Shown one piece after another: positions 1 to 9,420 of a DNA stretch of 64,000 nt (the first letter of the stretch is position 1; each line of letters begins with the position of its first letter). The notes below the pieces were generated by a model. The model was given only the letters and a program-made list of their open reading frames with translations. It was not told where the DNA came from and searched no databases. Both the position numbers and the translations under genes were made by a program. The DNA is from Minisyncoccia bacterium (GTDB taxonomy: Bacteria > Patescibacteriota > Minisyncoccia > Phycocordibacterales > UBA918): NCBI GenBank assembly GCA_964229335.1, contig CAXRCZ010000007.1:62717-126716 (forward strand), read 5' to 3'.

Positions 1-199
1 GACCAATCAAAGTAACTTTTAGACCTGATTCTTCCCAAGCTTCTCGTACCGCAGCTTCGTTTGCATCTTCGCCGGGATCAATATGCCCTCCTGGCGTACC
101 CCAATAGTTGTACTTTTCATGCAACCTCAGTAGTACAGCATCTCCATTTACTATGAAGGTATCTACGCAGAGGTCTAGGTAGTAATTTATATGTGCCAT
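1..199 (-). CDS. NUDIX hydrolase, 5' part (mirror copy of 1086-1565, truncated by window edge)
   Basis: Reverse complement of 1086-1284. Confidence 0.85.
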   Translation of the reverse strand, partial: MAHINYYLDLCVDTFIVNGDAVLLRLHEKYNYWGTPGGHIDPGEDANEAAVREAWEESGLKVTLIG

Positions 200-391
200 A
201 CATGAAAGTATAGCAAATTACTGGACAGGGACTCGGTCAGGAGTCGATTATTTTCATGAATGAAAATATATCGCTCACGACCCTGGCTCGAAACTCCAGT
301 CCCCCAGACTGGTTTTCTCCGCCTTTCTCGTCCCAGTGCTCGGTATCCATAACGATAAATTGCGATAGCAAATGCTATCGCAGTTTAATCG

Positions 392-465
392 TGGCTACCG
401 GACAGGGACTCGAACCCCGATCGCTTGGACCAAAACCAAGTGTCCTACCATTAGACGATCCGGTA
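392..465 (-). tRNA. tRNA-Gln(TTG), mirror copy
   Basis: Reverse complement of 820-893. Confidence 0.93.
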
Positions 466-674
466 AAATATTTCATTACCAACGATTTACTAACGGGAGG
501 ACGCGCAGTGTCCATACTGTCGAGCTAAGTGAGGGTCTAAAGAAAATATGTTTTCTTTAGACCGAACGTGCGCTGACAGCAAGCTTTGCTTACCATTAGA
601 CGATCCGGTAATTTTGTAAAATATAGGTACGTACTTTGGTACGTACCAAAGTACGTACCTATATTTTACAAAAT

Positions 675-808
675 TACCGGATCGTCTAATGGTAAGCAAA
701 GCTTGCTGTCAGCGCACGTTCGGTCTAAAGAAAACATATTTTCTTTAGACCCTCACTTAGCTCGACAGTATGGACACTGCGCGTCCTCCCGTTAGTAAAT
801 CGTTGGTA
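675..808 (+). repeat. tRNA-Gln 5'-side element: direct copy of tRNA 5' end (675-694), hairpin core, degenerate inverted copy (781-808)
   Basis: taccggatcgtctaatggta identical at 675-694 and 820-839; gcgtcctcccgttagtaaatcgttggta resembles revcomp gtgtcctaccattagacgatccggta. Confidence 0.8.
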
Positions 809-819
809 ATGAAATATTT

Positions 820-893
820 TACCGGATCGTCTAATGGTAGGACACTTGGTTTTGGTCCAAGCGATCGGGGTTCGAGTCCCTGTCCGGTAGCCA
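820..893 (+). tRNA. tRNA-Gln(TTG)
   Basis: Acceptor taccgga/tccggta, anticodon arm cttgg-ttTTGgt-ccaag, T-loop GGTTCGAGTCC, encoded CCA. Confidence 0.95.
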
Positions 894-1066
894 CGATTAA
901 ACTGCGATAGCATTTGCTATCGCAATTTATCGTTATGGATACCGAGCACTGGGACGAGAAAGGCGGAGAAAACCAGTCTGGGGGACTGGAGTTTCGAGCC
1001 AGGGTCGTGAGCGATATATTTTCATTCATGAAAATAATCGACTCCTGACCGAGTCCCTGTCCAGTA
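894..1066 (+). repeat. tRNA-3'-associated element (Gln copy)
   Basis: Hairpin, degenerate inverted copy of tRNA 3' end (936-960), core aggcggag...cgagccagggtcgtgag...tgacc, direct copy cgagtccctgtccagta (1050-1066). Confidence 0.8.
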
Positions 1067-1085
1067 ATTTGCTATACTTTCATGT

Positions 1086-1565
1086 ATGGCACATATAAAT
1101 TACTACCTAGACCTCTGCGTAGATACCTTCATAGTAAATGGAGATGCTGTACTACTGAGGTTGCATGAAAAGTACAACTATTGGGGTACGCCAGGAGGGC
1201 ATATTGATCCCGGCGAAGATGCAAACGAAGCTGCGGTACGAGAAGCTTGGGAAGAATCAGGTCTAAAAGTTACTTTGATTGGTCCTAAAAATTGGACTCA
1301 AACAGATACTGAAACAAATAAAGACCTTGTCCCACCATTGTTTATGAATCGTCATAAAATAAACGAGGTACACGACCACTCCTCTTTAGTATTTGCAGCA
1401 CGGTCTGATTCTAGAGAAATCAATCCACAAGAAGAAGACAGTATGGATACAGAATACAGATGGTGCACCAGAGTAGACCTAGATGATTTGTTAGAAAAAG
1501 ATGAGAGAATGCGACCAGAAACTCAACGATATGCACTTGCTGCTCTAGAAGCGGCTGGCCAATAA
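1086..1565 (+). CDS. NUDIX hydrolase
   Basis: Nudix box [23 protein letters not shown]. Confidence 0.93.
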   Translation: MAHINYYLDLCVDTFIVNGDAVLLRLHEKYNYWGTPGGHIDPGEDANEAAVREAWEESGLKVTLIGPKNWTQTDTETNKDLVPPLFMNRHKINEVHDHSSLVFAARSDSREINPQEEDSMDTEYRWCTRVDLDDLLEKDERMRPETQRYALAALEAAGQ

Positions 1566-1593
1566 AGTTCCAACATCGTCCCTGTCCGGTAGC
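1564..1593 (+). repeat. att-like repeat 1, ending in the tRNA-Gln 3' sequence gtccctgtccggtagc
   Basis: aaagttccaacatcgtccctgtccggtagc; last 16 nt match 876-891. Confidence 0.8.
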
Positions 1594-1632
1594 TCGTAAA
1601 AAAGCCACCTCCTGTTAAAGAGGTGACGCAAA

Positions 1633-1806
1633 TTAATCTTCATAAGTCAGTAGACCAATTTTCTTTCGCTCTTCAGCGAGTTCAGAAAATGTCATCCCTG
1701 ACAATTTATTGTAGAGAGATGAACGCTCATGAGCGTCCGAGTCCTTGAACCGAGGATGGTTGAGAATCTGTTAACACATTGCGTAAGAGCTTGATTGTTC
1801 GTGCAT
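1633..1806 (-). pseudogene. Small ORF (58 codons including terminal stop) with in-frame TAA at codon 12
   Basis: Strong SD (aggagga) before ATG; MHEQSSSYAMC*QILNHPRFKDSD...LLTYED*; terminator-like hairpin downstream. Confidence 0.45.
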
Positions 1807-1841
1807 GGTGTCCTCCTGTGAGTAAGTTATCATAACCCCAG

Positions 1842-1871
1842 AAAAGTTCCAACATTGTCCCAGACGGCTAG
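1842..1871 (+). repeat. att-like repeat 2
   Basis: aaaagttccaacattgtcccagacggctag, identical to 2459-2488. Confidence 0.9.
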
Positions 1872-1926
1872 CACCGATATTTCAGCTATATTTAGTTCGA
1901 CTTCTTGATCAAGGTATACTCTTCAT

Positions 1927-2454
1927 ATGAACAAAAAAGACAGAGAGGAACTCACAGAACTAATTGAAGAGGAAGAAGGAAGAAAGTGGTGGGTACCGGA
2001 TGAATTTGAAGCATATATTCGATCTCGTCTTCCTTTGGAGTTAACAATAGTAGCCCCACCACCAGCATACTTAATAAACTATAATTGTTTCGTATTCGCT
2101 TTTGGACTTGAGCAAGATCCAGAGTTCCTTGGAGGAAACAATCCTGTACAGCAAGAATTTATAAAACATCTATTTAGTAAGAATATTCTTGTAGCAACAA
2201 ATAATCCAGAACCTGGAGATCTGGTGTTCTATAAAGACGGAGGAGAAAATATTACTCATGGGGGAATAATGAAATCTGATGACATCGTTCTCTCTAAGTG
2301 GATGTGGGGAGCTGTTATTAAACATAAGCTGTGGGATGTACCGTCTTCTTTTGGTGACGAAGTGTTTTATTGTAAGTCAGTAGATTCGAGAGAAACCAAG
2401 GAAGAATACCGGGAGTATAAAGATAGTGGAGTAGAAATTAAGCCGATTTCTTAG
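1927..2454 (+). CDS. Hypothetical protein, possible papain-like/NlpC-P60-type fold
   Basis: 175 aa ORF; YNC motif, PGDLVFY and downstream His (ITHGG). Confidence 0.7.
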   Translation: MNKKDREELTELIEEEEGRKWWVPDEFEAYIRSRLPLELTIVAPPPAYLINYNCFVFAFGLEQDPEFLGGNNPVQQEFIKHLFSKNILVATNNPEPGDLVFYKDGGENITHGGIMKSDDIVLSKWMWGAVIKHKLWDVPSSFGDEVFYCKSVDSRETKEEYREYKDSGVEIKPIS

Positions 2455-2458
2455 CTAA

Positions 2459-2488
2459 AAAAGTTCCAACATTGTCCCAGACGGCTAG
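2459..2488 (+). repeat. att-like repeat 3
   Basis: 30/30 identical to 1842-1871; lies between two convergent stop codons. Confidence 0.9.
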
Positions 2489-3022
2489 TTATTGAATTAA
2501 ATGTTTATCTCTTACGTTGGCTGTAATTTCACTATCTATTTTTCTGTCGGATGTACTGTGTAATACAGAAATATCACCAGTAGTTTCAAAAACTACAGCC
2601 CTTACTTCTGAGAGTTGAAGCACGTTAGCTTTGCGTAGTTTATCTCTGACTTCATCTTTAGTAACTCGGGCTTTTTTTAAATTGTCTTCTAAAAAACCTT
2701 GATTATTCATTAGTAAAATCGGTTCATTATCAATCAAGGTAGCAAACCATTTATTCCTCACTTTTATAAATGACAGTACGTATTGAAACAAATATAAACC
2801 ACCCATAGCTACTGCAGCTTGGAATATCTTAGGTTCTTTTGCGATTACCACAGAAGCTAGTATAGAACCAAACGCTACTGTGATGGCAAAATCAAAGCTA
2901 GACATTTTAGAAAAACTTCGAAGACCAACGATTCTTGTATAAAGTACTACTATCGAAGTAAATACTATTACTGAGAACAGTATTTGTGGCACATCTGAAT
3001 ATGACTGATAGATCCAATCCAT
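2489..3022 (-). CDS. DUF421/YetF family membrane protein (start uncertain, ORF open to 3097)
   Basis: RSFSKMSSFDFAITVAFGS, NLKKARVT, AVVFETTGDISV. Confidence 0.88.
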   Translation of the reverse strand: MDWIYQSYSDVPQILFSVIVFTSIVVLYTRIVGLRSFSKMSSFDFAITVAFGSILASVVIAKEPKIFQAAVAMGGLYLFQYVLSFIKVRNKWFATLIDNEPILLMNNQGFLEDNLKKARVTKDEVRDKLRKANVLQLSEVRAVVFETTGDISVLHSTSDRKIDSEITANVRDKHLIQ

Positions 3023-3139
3023 TAAGAAACCATACCATTTTAAAAAACCAGACGCAGCTATCGTAAGCGAAAAAAAGAAAAATAAGATACTATACATACA
3101 TATTGTAGTAATCGTTACACGTATTAATTAGAAAATTTC

Positions 3140-3712
3140 ATGGATCCGGTAGTTACATTTGATCTAACACAAACAATTTTTGGTGAAAGTGAATGGGTAT
3201 TCTTGTTAGAAATTACTTTTAGAGTTCTGGTTATTTATATCTTTGCCTTAGTGTTTCTGAGAGCAGGAGGAAAAAAAGCGCGTAAACAAATGACTCCAGT
3301 TGAGATGTTACTAATTGTAGCGCTCGGTTCAGCGGTGGGAGATGTAATGTTTTATCCATCTGTAGCAATAATTTATGCAGCACTAATTATTATGACAGTG
3401 ATTACGTTGCAGTTTGGTACTTCGAGATTAAAACTCAAGTGGTCACCTTTCGAAAAATTTATTAATAGTAGGCCAAATTTGTTAGTAAAAAATGGGCAAA
3501 TAATTCAGCATGCGTTGGAAACTGAAAACTTTACTGAAGCTGAACTAGAATCCGAACTAAGAAAGAATGGAGTGAGAAATATTGGAGAGGTCGAATATGC
3601 CTATCTAGAATTAGATGGAAGTATAAGTGTATTTCCGTTTGAGGAAGGTAAGGTAAAGAATGGTAAAGAAATTATGCCGCTCCCAGAAGTTGACGAGTTT
3701 ATTCGTGTCTAA
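3140..3712 (+). CDS. DUF421/YetF family membrane protein
   Basis: KQMTPVEMLLIVALGS, LRKNGV, AYLELDGSISV. Confidence 0.9.
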   Translation: MDPVVTFDLTQTIFGESEWVFLLEITFRVLVIYIFALVFLRAGGKKARKQMTPVEMLLIVALGSAVGDVMFYPSVAIIYAALIIMTVITLQFGTSRLKLKWSPFEKFINSRPNLLVKNGQIIQHALETENFTEAELESELRKNGVRNIGEVEYAYLELDGSISVFPFEEGKVKNGKEIMPLPEVDEFIRV

Positions 3713-3738
3713 TATTTAAGTTTGATAATTTACGAGTA

Positions 3739-4869
3739 ATGTCTACAGCACTTCCGCGTTACGAATACAGTCGATTAATAATACAGCGACGACTACAAGA
3801 ACTAACTAGTCTAGAAGCTCCATTTGGCTTGACGACTCGCTACGCCGTTAAAGCCAATCCACATCCAGAAATAATAAAACTCATTGATACTGCAGGTGTT
3901 GAGTTTGATGCCAGTTCAAGTTATGAAGCAGATGAGTTATTAGAAATGGGTATCGAGGGTAATAAGATTTCGCTATCTTCACAGCAGTCAACTCCTAATC
4001 TTGCTGAATTACTTGAGCAAGGAGTGCTCTATGTGGCCACCTCGATGCGACAACTGAGAGATTTTATTGCCGCCGCCAATCATCCTGATACTGTTGGGAT
4101 ACGGATTAATATTGATATGGGGGTGGGGCATAACAAGCGCACCAGTACCGGGGGAGCAACCTCAGCGTTTGGACTTTGGTACGAATATATTCCCGAAGCT
4201 CTAGCACTAGCCAAAGAAAATGATGTGATCATTGATCGCCTACATATCCATGTTGGGTCAGGTTCAGATCCCAAAGTGTGGGGAGAGGTGATGGATCGGT
4301 CGCTTTCGATTGCCACGCAATTACCCGATGTCATCGCGCTCGATATCGGAGGTGGTTTCAAAGTGCATCGATATGATACTGAGAAAGAGGCTGATATGTC
4401 GGTAATAATGGAGCTCTTTTCTAGCAAGTTAGAGAACTTTGCAGCTGAAACTGGCAGAGAGTTACGGCTTGAAATTGAACCTGGTACGTACCTGATTGCG
4501 CATGCCGGCACCTTGGTAGCAACTGTCGACGATATTGTCGATACTGGAGCCGACGGCTTCACTTTTCTGCGAATCAATACTGGTATGAATGATTTTTTGC
4601 GTACAGCTATGTACGGCGCTCAACATAAAATCGAGGTGATAAATAATGATGATGAAACTAAAGAATACATTGTGGTAGGACACAACTGCGAGTCGGGTGA
4701 TATTTTCACCCCTACTCCCGGTGACCCAGAAGAAATCGAACCGAGAATGTTAAATAAAGCAGAGATTGGCGACGAGATACGTATTTATGATGTTGGTGCG
4801 TATGGCGCAAGTATGCGAGCCAAGGGCTACAACTCGTTTCCAGACGCTGTTGAGGTGATAGTCGATTAG
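3739..4869 (+). CDS. lysA: Diaminopimelate decarboxylase
   Basis: YAVKAN (PLP Lys), HIHVGS, DIGGG, EPG, GHNCESGD, GAYG. Confidence 0.85.
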   Translation: MSTALPRYEYSRLIIQRRLQELTSLEAPFGLTTRYAVKANPHPEIIKLIDTAGVEFDASSSYEADELLEMGIEGNKISLSSQQSTPNLAELLEQGVLYVATSMRQLRDFIAAANHPDTVGIRINIDMGVGHNKRTSTGGATSAFGLWYEYIPEALALAKENDVIIDRLHIHVGSGSDPKVWGEVMDRSLSIATQLPDVIALDIGGGFKVHRYDTEKEADMSVIMELFSSKLENFAAETGRELRLEIEPGTYLIAHAGTLVATVDDIVDTGADGFTFLRINTGMNDFLRTAMYGAQHKIEVINNDDETKEYIVVGHNCESGDIFTPTPGDPEEIEPRMLNKAEIGDEIRIYDVGAYGASMRAKGYNSFPDAVEVIVD

Positions 4870-4902
4870 ATATATTGTACTATAATAGGTATTATAGGTA
4901 GT

Positions 4903-5169
4903 ATGAAAAAAAGTCATTATATTGCTGGAATCTTGCTTGGCTTACTCACTCCAGTTGCCGGAATATTTATTGGATTACAAATCTCTACGACATTCGGAAC
5001 AATTTTAGCCTGGCCGCTGGTGCTGATGAGTTTCTTGACCGGGATTCCATTTGGTATGTGGTCACCACTGCTGTGGTTGGTGGCGATGATTCTCTCGGTT
5101 ATTGTGTGGACGCTAGTGGTGTATGCTCTTAGTCAACTTGGTAAAACACGTGCCAAAGACAAGTCTTAG
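4903..5169 (+). CDS. Small membrane protein
   Basis: 88 aa, about 3 hydrophobic segments. Confidence 0.75.
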   Translation: MKKSHYIAGILLGLLTPVAGIFIGLQISTTFGTILAWPLVLMSFLTGIPFGMWSPLLWLVAMILSVIVWTLVVYALSQLGKTRAKDKS

Positions 5170-5244
5170 TAATTGACCAAATAGACTTTTACGCGTACTC
5201 TTCAGACATCAACCACGCCTACCAGGCGTATTTATTTTTTACTT

Positions 5245-7035
5245 ATGCAACAATCAGAAATTCGCAATATCGCTATTATCGCTCACGTAGACCACGGTAA
5301 AACTACACTTACCGATGGTTTGATGGAGTTTACTGGTGCCAGAGAAGGGGATGCGTCGATGGACAACAACGCGTTAGAGCAAGAACGAGGTATTACCATC
5401 TATGCCAAAAACACTTCTGTTGACTATAAAGATACAAAAATCAACATTATTGATACACCCGGCCACGCGGACTTTGGGTCTGAGGTTGAGCGTATTTTGC
5501 GTAGTATTGACTGCGTTTTGCTGGTGGTAGACGCGCAGGAAGGGCCAATGCCGCAAACTAGATTTGTATTAAAAAAATCTCTTGAACTCGGACACAAACC
5601 GATTGTGATTATCAACAAGATTGATAAGCCAGCAGCCAATCCTGATCAGTGCGAAGAGCAGGTACTAGAACTCTTCTGGGAGCTTGGCGCCAGCGATGAA
5701 CAAAGCGAATTCCCAGTAGTGTACGCTGTCGGTAGAGACAAGGTGGCTAAGCGAAATCTGACTGACGAAATGACAGACCTCTCTCCAGTACTCGATACAA
5801 TTCTCGAACATGTTCCAGCCGCCAAAGGATATACCGAAAACGACCCACTCCGAGCTCAAGTATTCAACCTCGGGTACGATAACTTTTTAGGACGACTAGC
5901 GGTAGCGAGAATTTACGAGGGTAAGGTGAGTAAAGGTCAATCAGTGATTGTAAAGCATAAAGGCGAGGAGTCCTACAAAGGAAAAATCGTCAAACTATCT
6001 GGCTACAAAGGAGTGCAACAAGTAGAGGTTGAAGAAGCGTTTGCTGGCGATATCGTTTTGATAGCGGGGCTCGAAAAAATAAATATCGGTGACACTATTA
6101 CCGATACTGATGAAGCAGAACCACTACCAGCAATTGAGGTTGATGAACCAACCGTAAGTATGACCTTCTTAGTCAACTCTTCGCCTTTTGCTGGAAGAGA
6201 AGGTAAGTATGTTACTAGTCGACAGATTGGTGAGCGGTTAGAAAAGGAGTTAGAAATCAATGTTGGTTTGCAAGTAGAGCAGGCAACAGGTGACGCGTAT
6301 GTCGTAAAAGGTCGGGGTGAAATGCACATTGCAATTTTGCTTGAAAATATGCGGCGTGAGGGATATGAACTGTCAGTTTCTCAACCAAAAGTTATTTTCC
6401 GGGAAGAGAATGGTCAGACTCTTGAGCCATTTGAAGAAGCGATTATTGATATCCCGAGCGAATACCAAGGATCAGTGATTGAACGTCTTAGCAATCGTGG
6501 TTTTATTATGCAAAACATGGTTCCGCATGAGAACCAAGTTCGACTTATATTCGAAGGTCCTACCCGCGGTCTATTGGGATATAAAAACCAATTTATTATT
6601 GATACGAAAGGAGAGGGAATTCTATCTTCACGGTTCATTGAATTCCGTCCACATGCCGGAGAAATCAAAAAACGCCAAGTTGGCTCAATGACATCGATGA
6701 CTACAGGAAAAGCTCTCGGCTTTGCATTGGCTGGTTTGCAGGACCGTGGCGAGCTCTATATTGGCGCGGGTACCGAAGTGTATGAAGGGATGGTTATCGG
6801 CAACACCAACAAAGGTGAAGAAATGGCGGTAAACCCGACTAAAGGCAAACAGCTCACCAACATGCGTGCCTCAGGTAGTGACGACAACGTTTCACTTACT
6901 CCGCACCGACCACTGAAGATTGAGACAGGTTTGGAAATTATGCAGGAAGATGAGTATCTAGAAGTCTGTCCAGAAAGTATTCGCTTGCGTAAGCAACTAC
7001 TCAAAGAAAACGAACGATCACGCCTGCGCCGCTAG
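5245..7035 (+). CDS. typA: Translational GTPase TypA/BipA
   Basis: [37 protein letters not shown]. Confidence 0.97.
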   Translation: MQQSEIRNIAIIAHVDHGKTTLTDGLMEFTGAREGDASMDNNALEQERGITIYAKNTSVDYKDTKINIIDTPGHADFGSEVERILRSIDCVLLVVDAQEGPMPQTRFVLKKSLELGHKPIVIINKIDKPAANPDQCEEQVLELFWELGASDEQSEFPVVYAVGRDKVAKRNLTDEMTDLSPVLDTILEHVPAAKGYTENDPLRAQVFNLGYDNFLGRLAVARIYEGKVSKGQSVIVKHKGEESYKGKIVKLSGYKGVQQVEVEEAFAGDIVLIAGLEKINIGDTITDTDEAEPLPAIEVDEPTVSMTFLVNSSPFAGREGKYVTSRQIGERLEKELEINVGLQVEQATGDAYVVKGRGEMHIAILLENMRREGYELSVSQPKVIFREENGQTLEPFEEAIIDIPSEYQGSVIERLSNRGFIMQNMVPHENQVRLIFEGPTRGLLGYKNQFIIDTKGEGILSSRFIEFRPHAGEIKKRQVGSMTSMTTGKALGFALAGLQDRGELYIGAGTEVYEGMVIGNTNKGEEMAVNPTKGKQLTNMRASGSDDNVSLTPHRPLKIETGLEIMQEDEYLEVCPESIRLRKQLLKENERSRLRR

Positions 7036-8279
7036 TTAGTGGCCGGAATAAACGTTAGAGCCTTTCCGCGCTCTTTACCTCGACCAGTTCGTCCAATACG
7101 GTGTACGTAGTCCTCGAAAGTATTAGGTAGGTCGTAGTTGATGACGTGACTAACACTGTCGACATGGATTCCACGAGCAGCTACATCGGTAGCTACTAGT
7201 ACTTTGGCTTGACCACTCTTAAAGCGCTTGAGAGCACGCTGTCTCTGACTATGACTTTTGTTACCGTGGATTGATTCGGCAGTGATTCCGTTTTGGTTAA
7301 TCTGGGAGCCGATTCTTTCCACTTGGTGTTTCATTGCGCCAAAGATAATTACTCTGCGCAGCTCGTCTTTTTTCAAAAGCTCAAGCAAAGTATCAAACTT
7401 TTGATCACCGATATACGACACAACATCTTGTTCGATGCTGTCAGTCACGGCCTTTTTCTTTACCGAGACAGTCACAGGATTGTCCATAAAATCCTTTATC
7501 AGACCAGCGGTCTTATCATCCATAGTGGCGGAGAAGAAAAGAGTCTGTCGTTTGGGTGGAAGTAAATCCAAGATATAGCGCATATCATGAATAAATCCCA
7601 TATCCAACATACGATCAGCTTCATCAAGTATTACTGAATCAATAGTCTTTAGCGGCATCAACCGACGATCTATTAAATCTTTGACTCTGCCTGGCGTACC
7701 AATAATGAATTGATTTTTTCGCTTAAGACCACGGATTTGCGGCGCAATACTGGTACCACCGACGCATACTGTTGAGTACATCGGGAAACCTTTGCTGAGT
7801 AATCTAAGCTCATTTTCAATTTGGATTGCTAATTCTCGAGTCGGAGTGAGAATGAGAGTAGTTTTTTGATTGTCTGATAGCTTGCGTTCAATCATAGGAA
7901 TCAGAAACGCAGCTGTTTTTCCAGTACCAGTTTCGGCTAGACCCACCACGTCCTTTCCTTGCAAGATTTCTGGTATTACTTGGTCTTGAATAGGGGTTGG
8001 ATCAATTAATCCCATTGTTTTGATGGCTTTTTTCAGAGTTGCGGTAAGGGGTAGGGCAGAAAATTGTGATTTTGGTACGTATACTTCCTCTGCTACCTCT
8101 ACAGGATTGCGGTTGATAAACTGAGTCGGGTCAAAAGACGGCATTTGACGGCGTTTTGAGGTTCGGGTCCGAGTACGAGAAGAAGAGCTCGAGTAACGTC
8201 TTCGATTGTTTTGGCTAGCATTATTTTTACGACGTCGAAATTGGCTACCGCCACTTCGACGGGGTCGAGTGTTTGTCAT
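7032..8279 (-). CDS. DEAD-box RNA helicase
   Basis: PTPIQ, AETGTGKT, PTRELA, DEAD, SAT, HRIGRTGR. Confidence 0.96.
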   Translation of the reverse strand: MTNTRPRRSGGSQFRRRKNNASQNNRRRYSSSSSRTRTRTSKRRQMPSFDPTQFINRNPVEVAEEVYVPKSQFSALPLTATLKKAIKTMGLIDPTPIQDQVIPEILQGKDVVGLAETGTGKTAAFLIPMIERKLSDNQKTTLILTPTRELAIQIENELRLLSKGFPMYSTVCVGGTSIAPQIRGLKRKNQFIIGTPGRVKDLIDRRLMPLKTIDSVILDEADRMLDMGFIHDMRYILDLLPPKRQTLFFSATMDDKTAGLIKDFMDNPVTVSVKKKAVTDSIEQDVVSYIGDQKFDTLLELLKKDELRRVIIFGAMKHQVERIGSQINQNGITAESIHGNKSHSQRQRALKRFKSGQAKVLVATDVAARGIHVDSVSHVINYDLPNTFEDYVHRIGRTGRGKERGKALTFIPATN

Positions 8280-8493
8280 ATTAGTGAGTATGGTGATTTA
8301 TACACCAAAGGTGTAAGGGCGGTGCAGGTAATAAATGGAGAAACTAAACAGTATCTGCAGCTTGAGAGCCCTACACAGATTTCAAAAGCGTCTGTACTCT
8401 AACACATTTAAATAATATGTAAATATCAGCTAATCACAGTTTGCTGCAAAAGCTGACAGCTGCTGAACGGTAGGTAGGGTATGATGAAATAGT

Positions 8494-8691
8494 ATGAGAC
8501 AACAGCTTCTCTACAGTGAAAACGAATACGCTCGTGTGAAATGGTATCTCGTCAATAGTGGCAAGGAAGGTACTATCGAAGATATCATGCGGGTCACTCG
8601 TCATGGATATCTGAAAGCTGGTCAGATACAGGAACAGTTGCATCGTGAAGGCATTCTCGACCTCAACGAAATTAGGGAATTTGATGAGTAG
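8494..8691 (+). CDS. Small hypothetical protein
   Basis: 65 aa ORF in an otherwise empty gap. Confidence 0.5.
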   Translation: MRQQLLYSENEYARVKWYLVNSGKEGTIEDIMRVTRHGYLKAGQIQEQLHREGILDLNEIREFDE

Positions 8692-8863
8692 CTTTTTGTT
8701 CCGGTGTTTGCTATGCGAAAGTAGTCATTCTTATGTATAAGAAAGCCGTACTAGCTGGAGGACGCTTTCGTAAGACCTTGCCAGCTACTTTGCAAAGCAT
8801 GAAGTAAAGTAGCGACAAGGTATACGGCTCCTGTAAGGAGTAAGAGATGCTATATTTCTATAT

Positions 8864-9352
8864 ATGATAAAAAAAGCTGTAGTGGCGGGAGGATGCTTCT
8901 GGGGACTCGAAGACCTCATCCACACCCAAAAAGGAGTGGTTGATACTGAAGTTGGCTATACAGGCGGAACAAATACCAATCCGACCTACCAAAATCACCC
9001 CGGCCACGCTGAGGCAGTAGAGATTACATATAATCCTGAAGAACTCTCTTACAAGGAGTTGTTAGATTTTTTCTTTCAAATTCATAATCCCACCACATTA
9101 AATCAGCAAGGTAATGATAAAGGTACTTCTTACCGTTCAGCCATTTTTTACCAAAACCAAGAAGAAAAGGCTATAGCTCAAGAAATGATTGCTATTGTAA
9201 ACCAGTCTGAACGCTGGTCCGATCCAGTTGTTACTAGCCTTGAGCCCTTCACGGCATTTTATCCAGCTGAGGACTATCACCAAGACTATTTGATAAAAAA
9301 TCCAGGTGGCTATACCTGCCACGCCATTTATTTTGATAGCTATTTGAAATAA
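8864..9352 (+). CDS. msrA: Peptide methionine sulfoxide reductase A
   Basis: [26 protein letters not shown]. Confidence 0.96.
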   Translation: MIKKAVVAGGCFWGLEDLIHTQKGVVDTEVGYTGGTNTNPTYQNHPGHAEAVEITYNPEELSYKELLDFFFQIHNPTTLNQQGNDKGTSYRSAIFYQNQEEKAIAQEMIAIVNQSERWSDPVVTSLEPFTAFYPAEDYHQDYLIKNPGGYTCHAIYFDSYLK

Positions 9353-9420
9353 CTTATTTTGTCTCGCTACTCATGTAGTGTAGAATTAGCAGGTAACTAA
9401 CCAATAATTTACCTATTACT

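Larger units (their letters stand above)
1..1284. repeat. Perfect inverted repeat (palindrome) with no loop, apex between 642 and 643; left arm runs off the window
   Basis: Position n pairs with 1285-n throughout; ORF track gives identical mirror ORFs (256-528+/757-1029-, 372-560+/725-913-, 490-699-/586-795+); apex tttggtac|gtaccaaa. Confidence 0.98.

Noticed and set aside
256-1029. Six short mirror ORFs in the palindrome
   Set aside because: They overlap tRNA-Gln, hairpins and the apex, and are products of the symmetry rather than plausible genes.
1564-2488. CRISPR interpretation of the 30-bp repeats
   Set aside because: Spacers are about 250 and 590 bp and contain genes; no cas genes are present.
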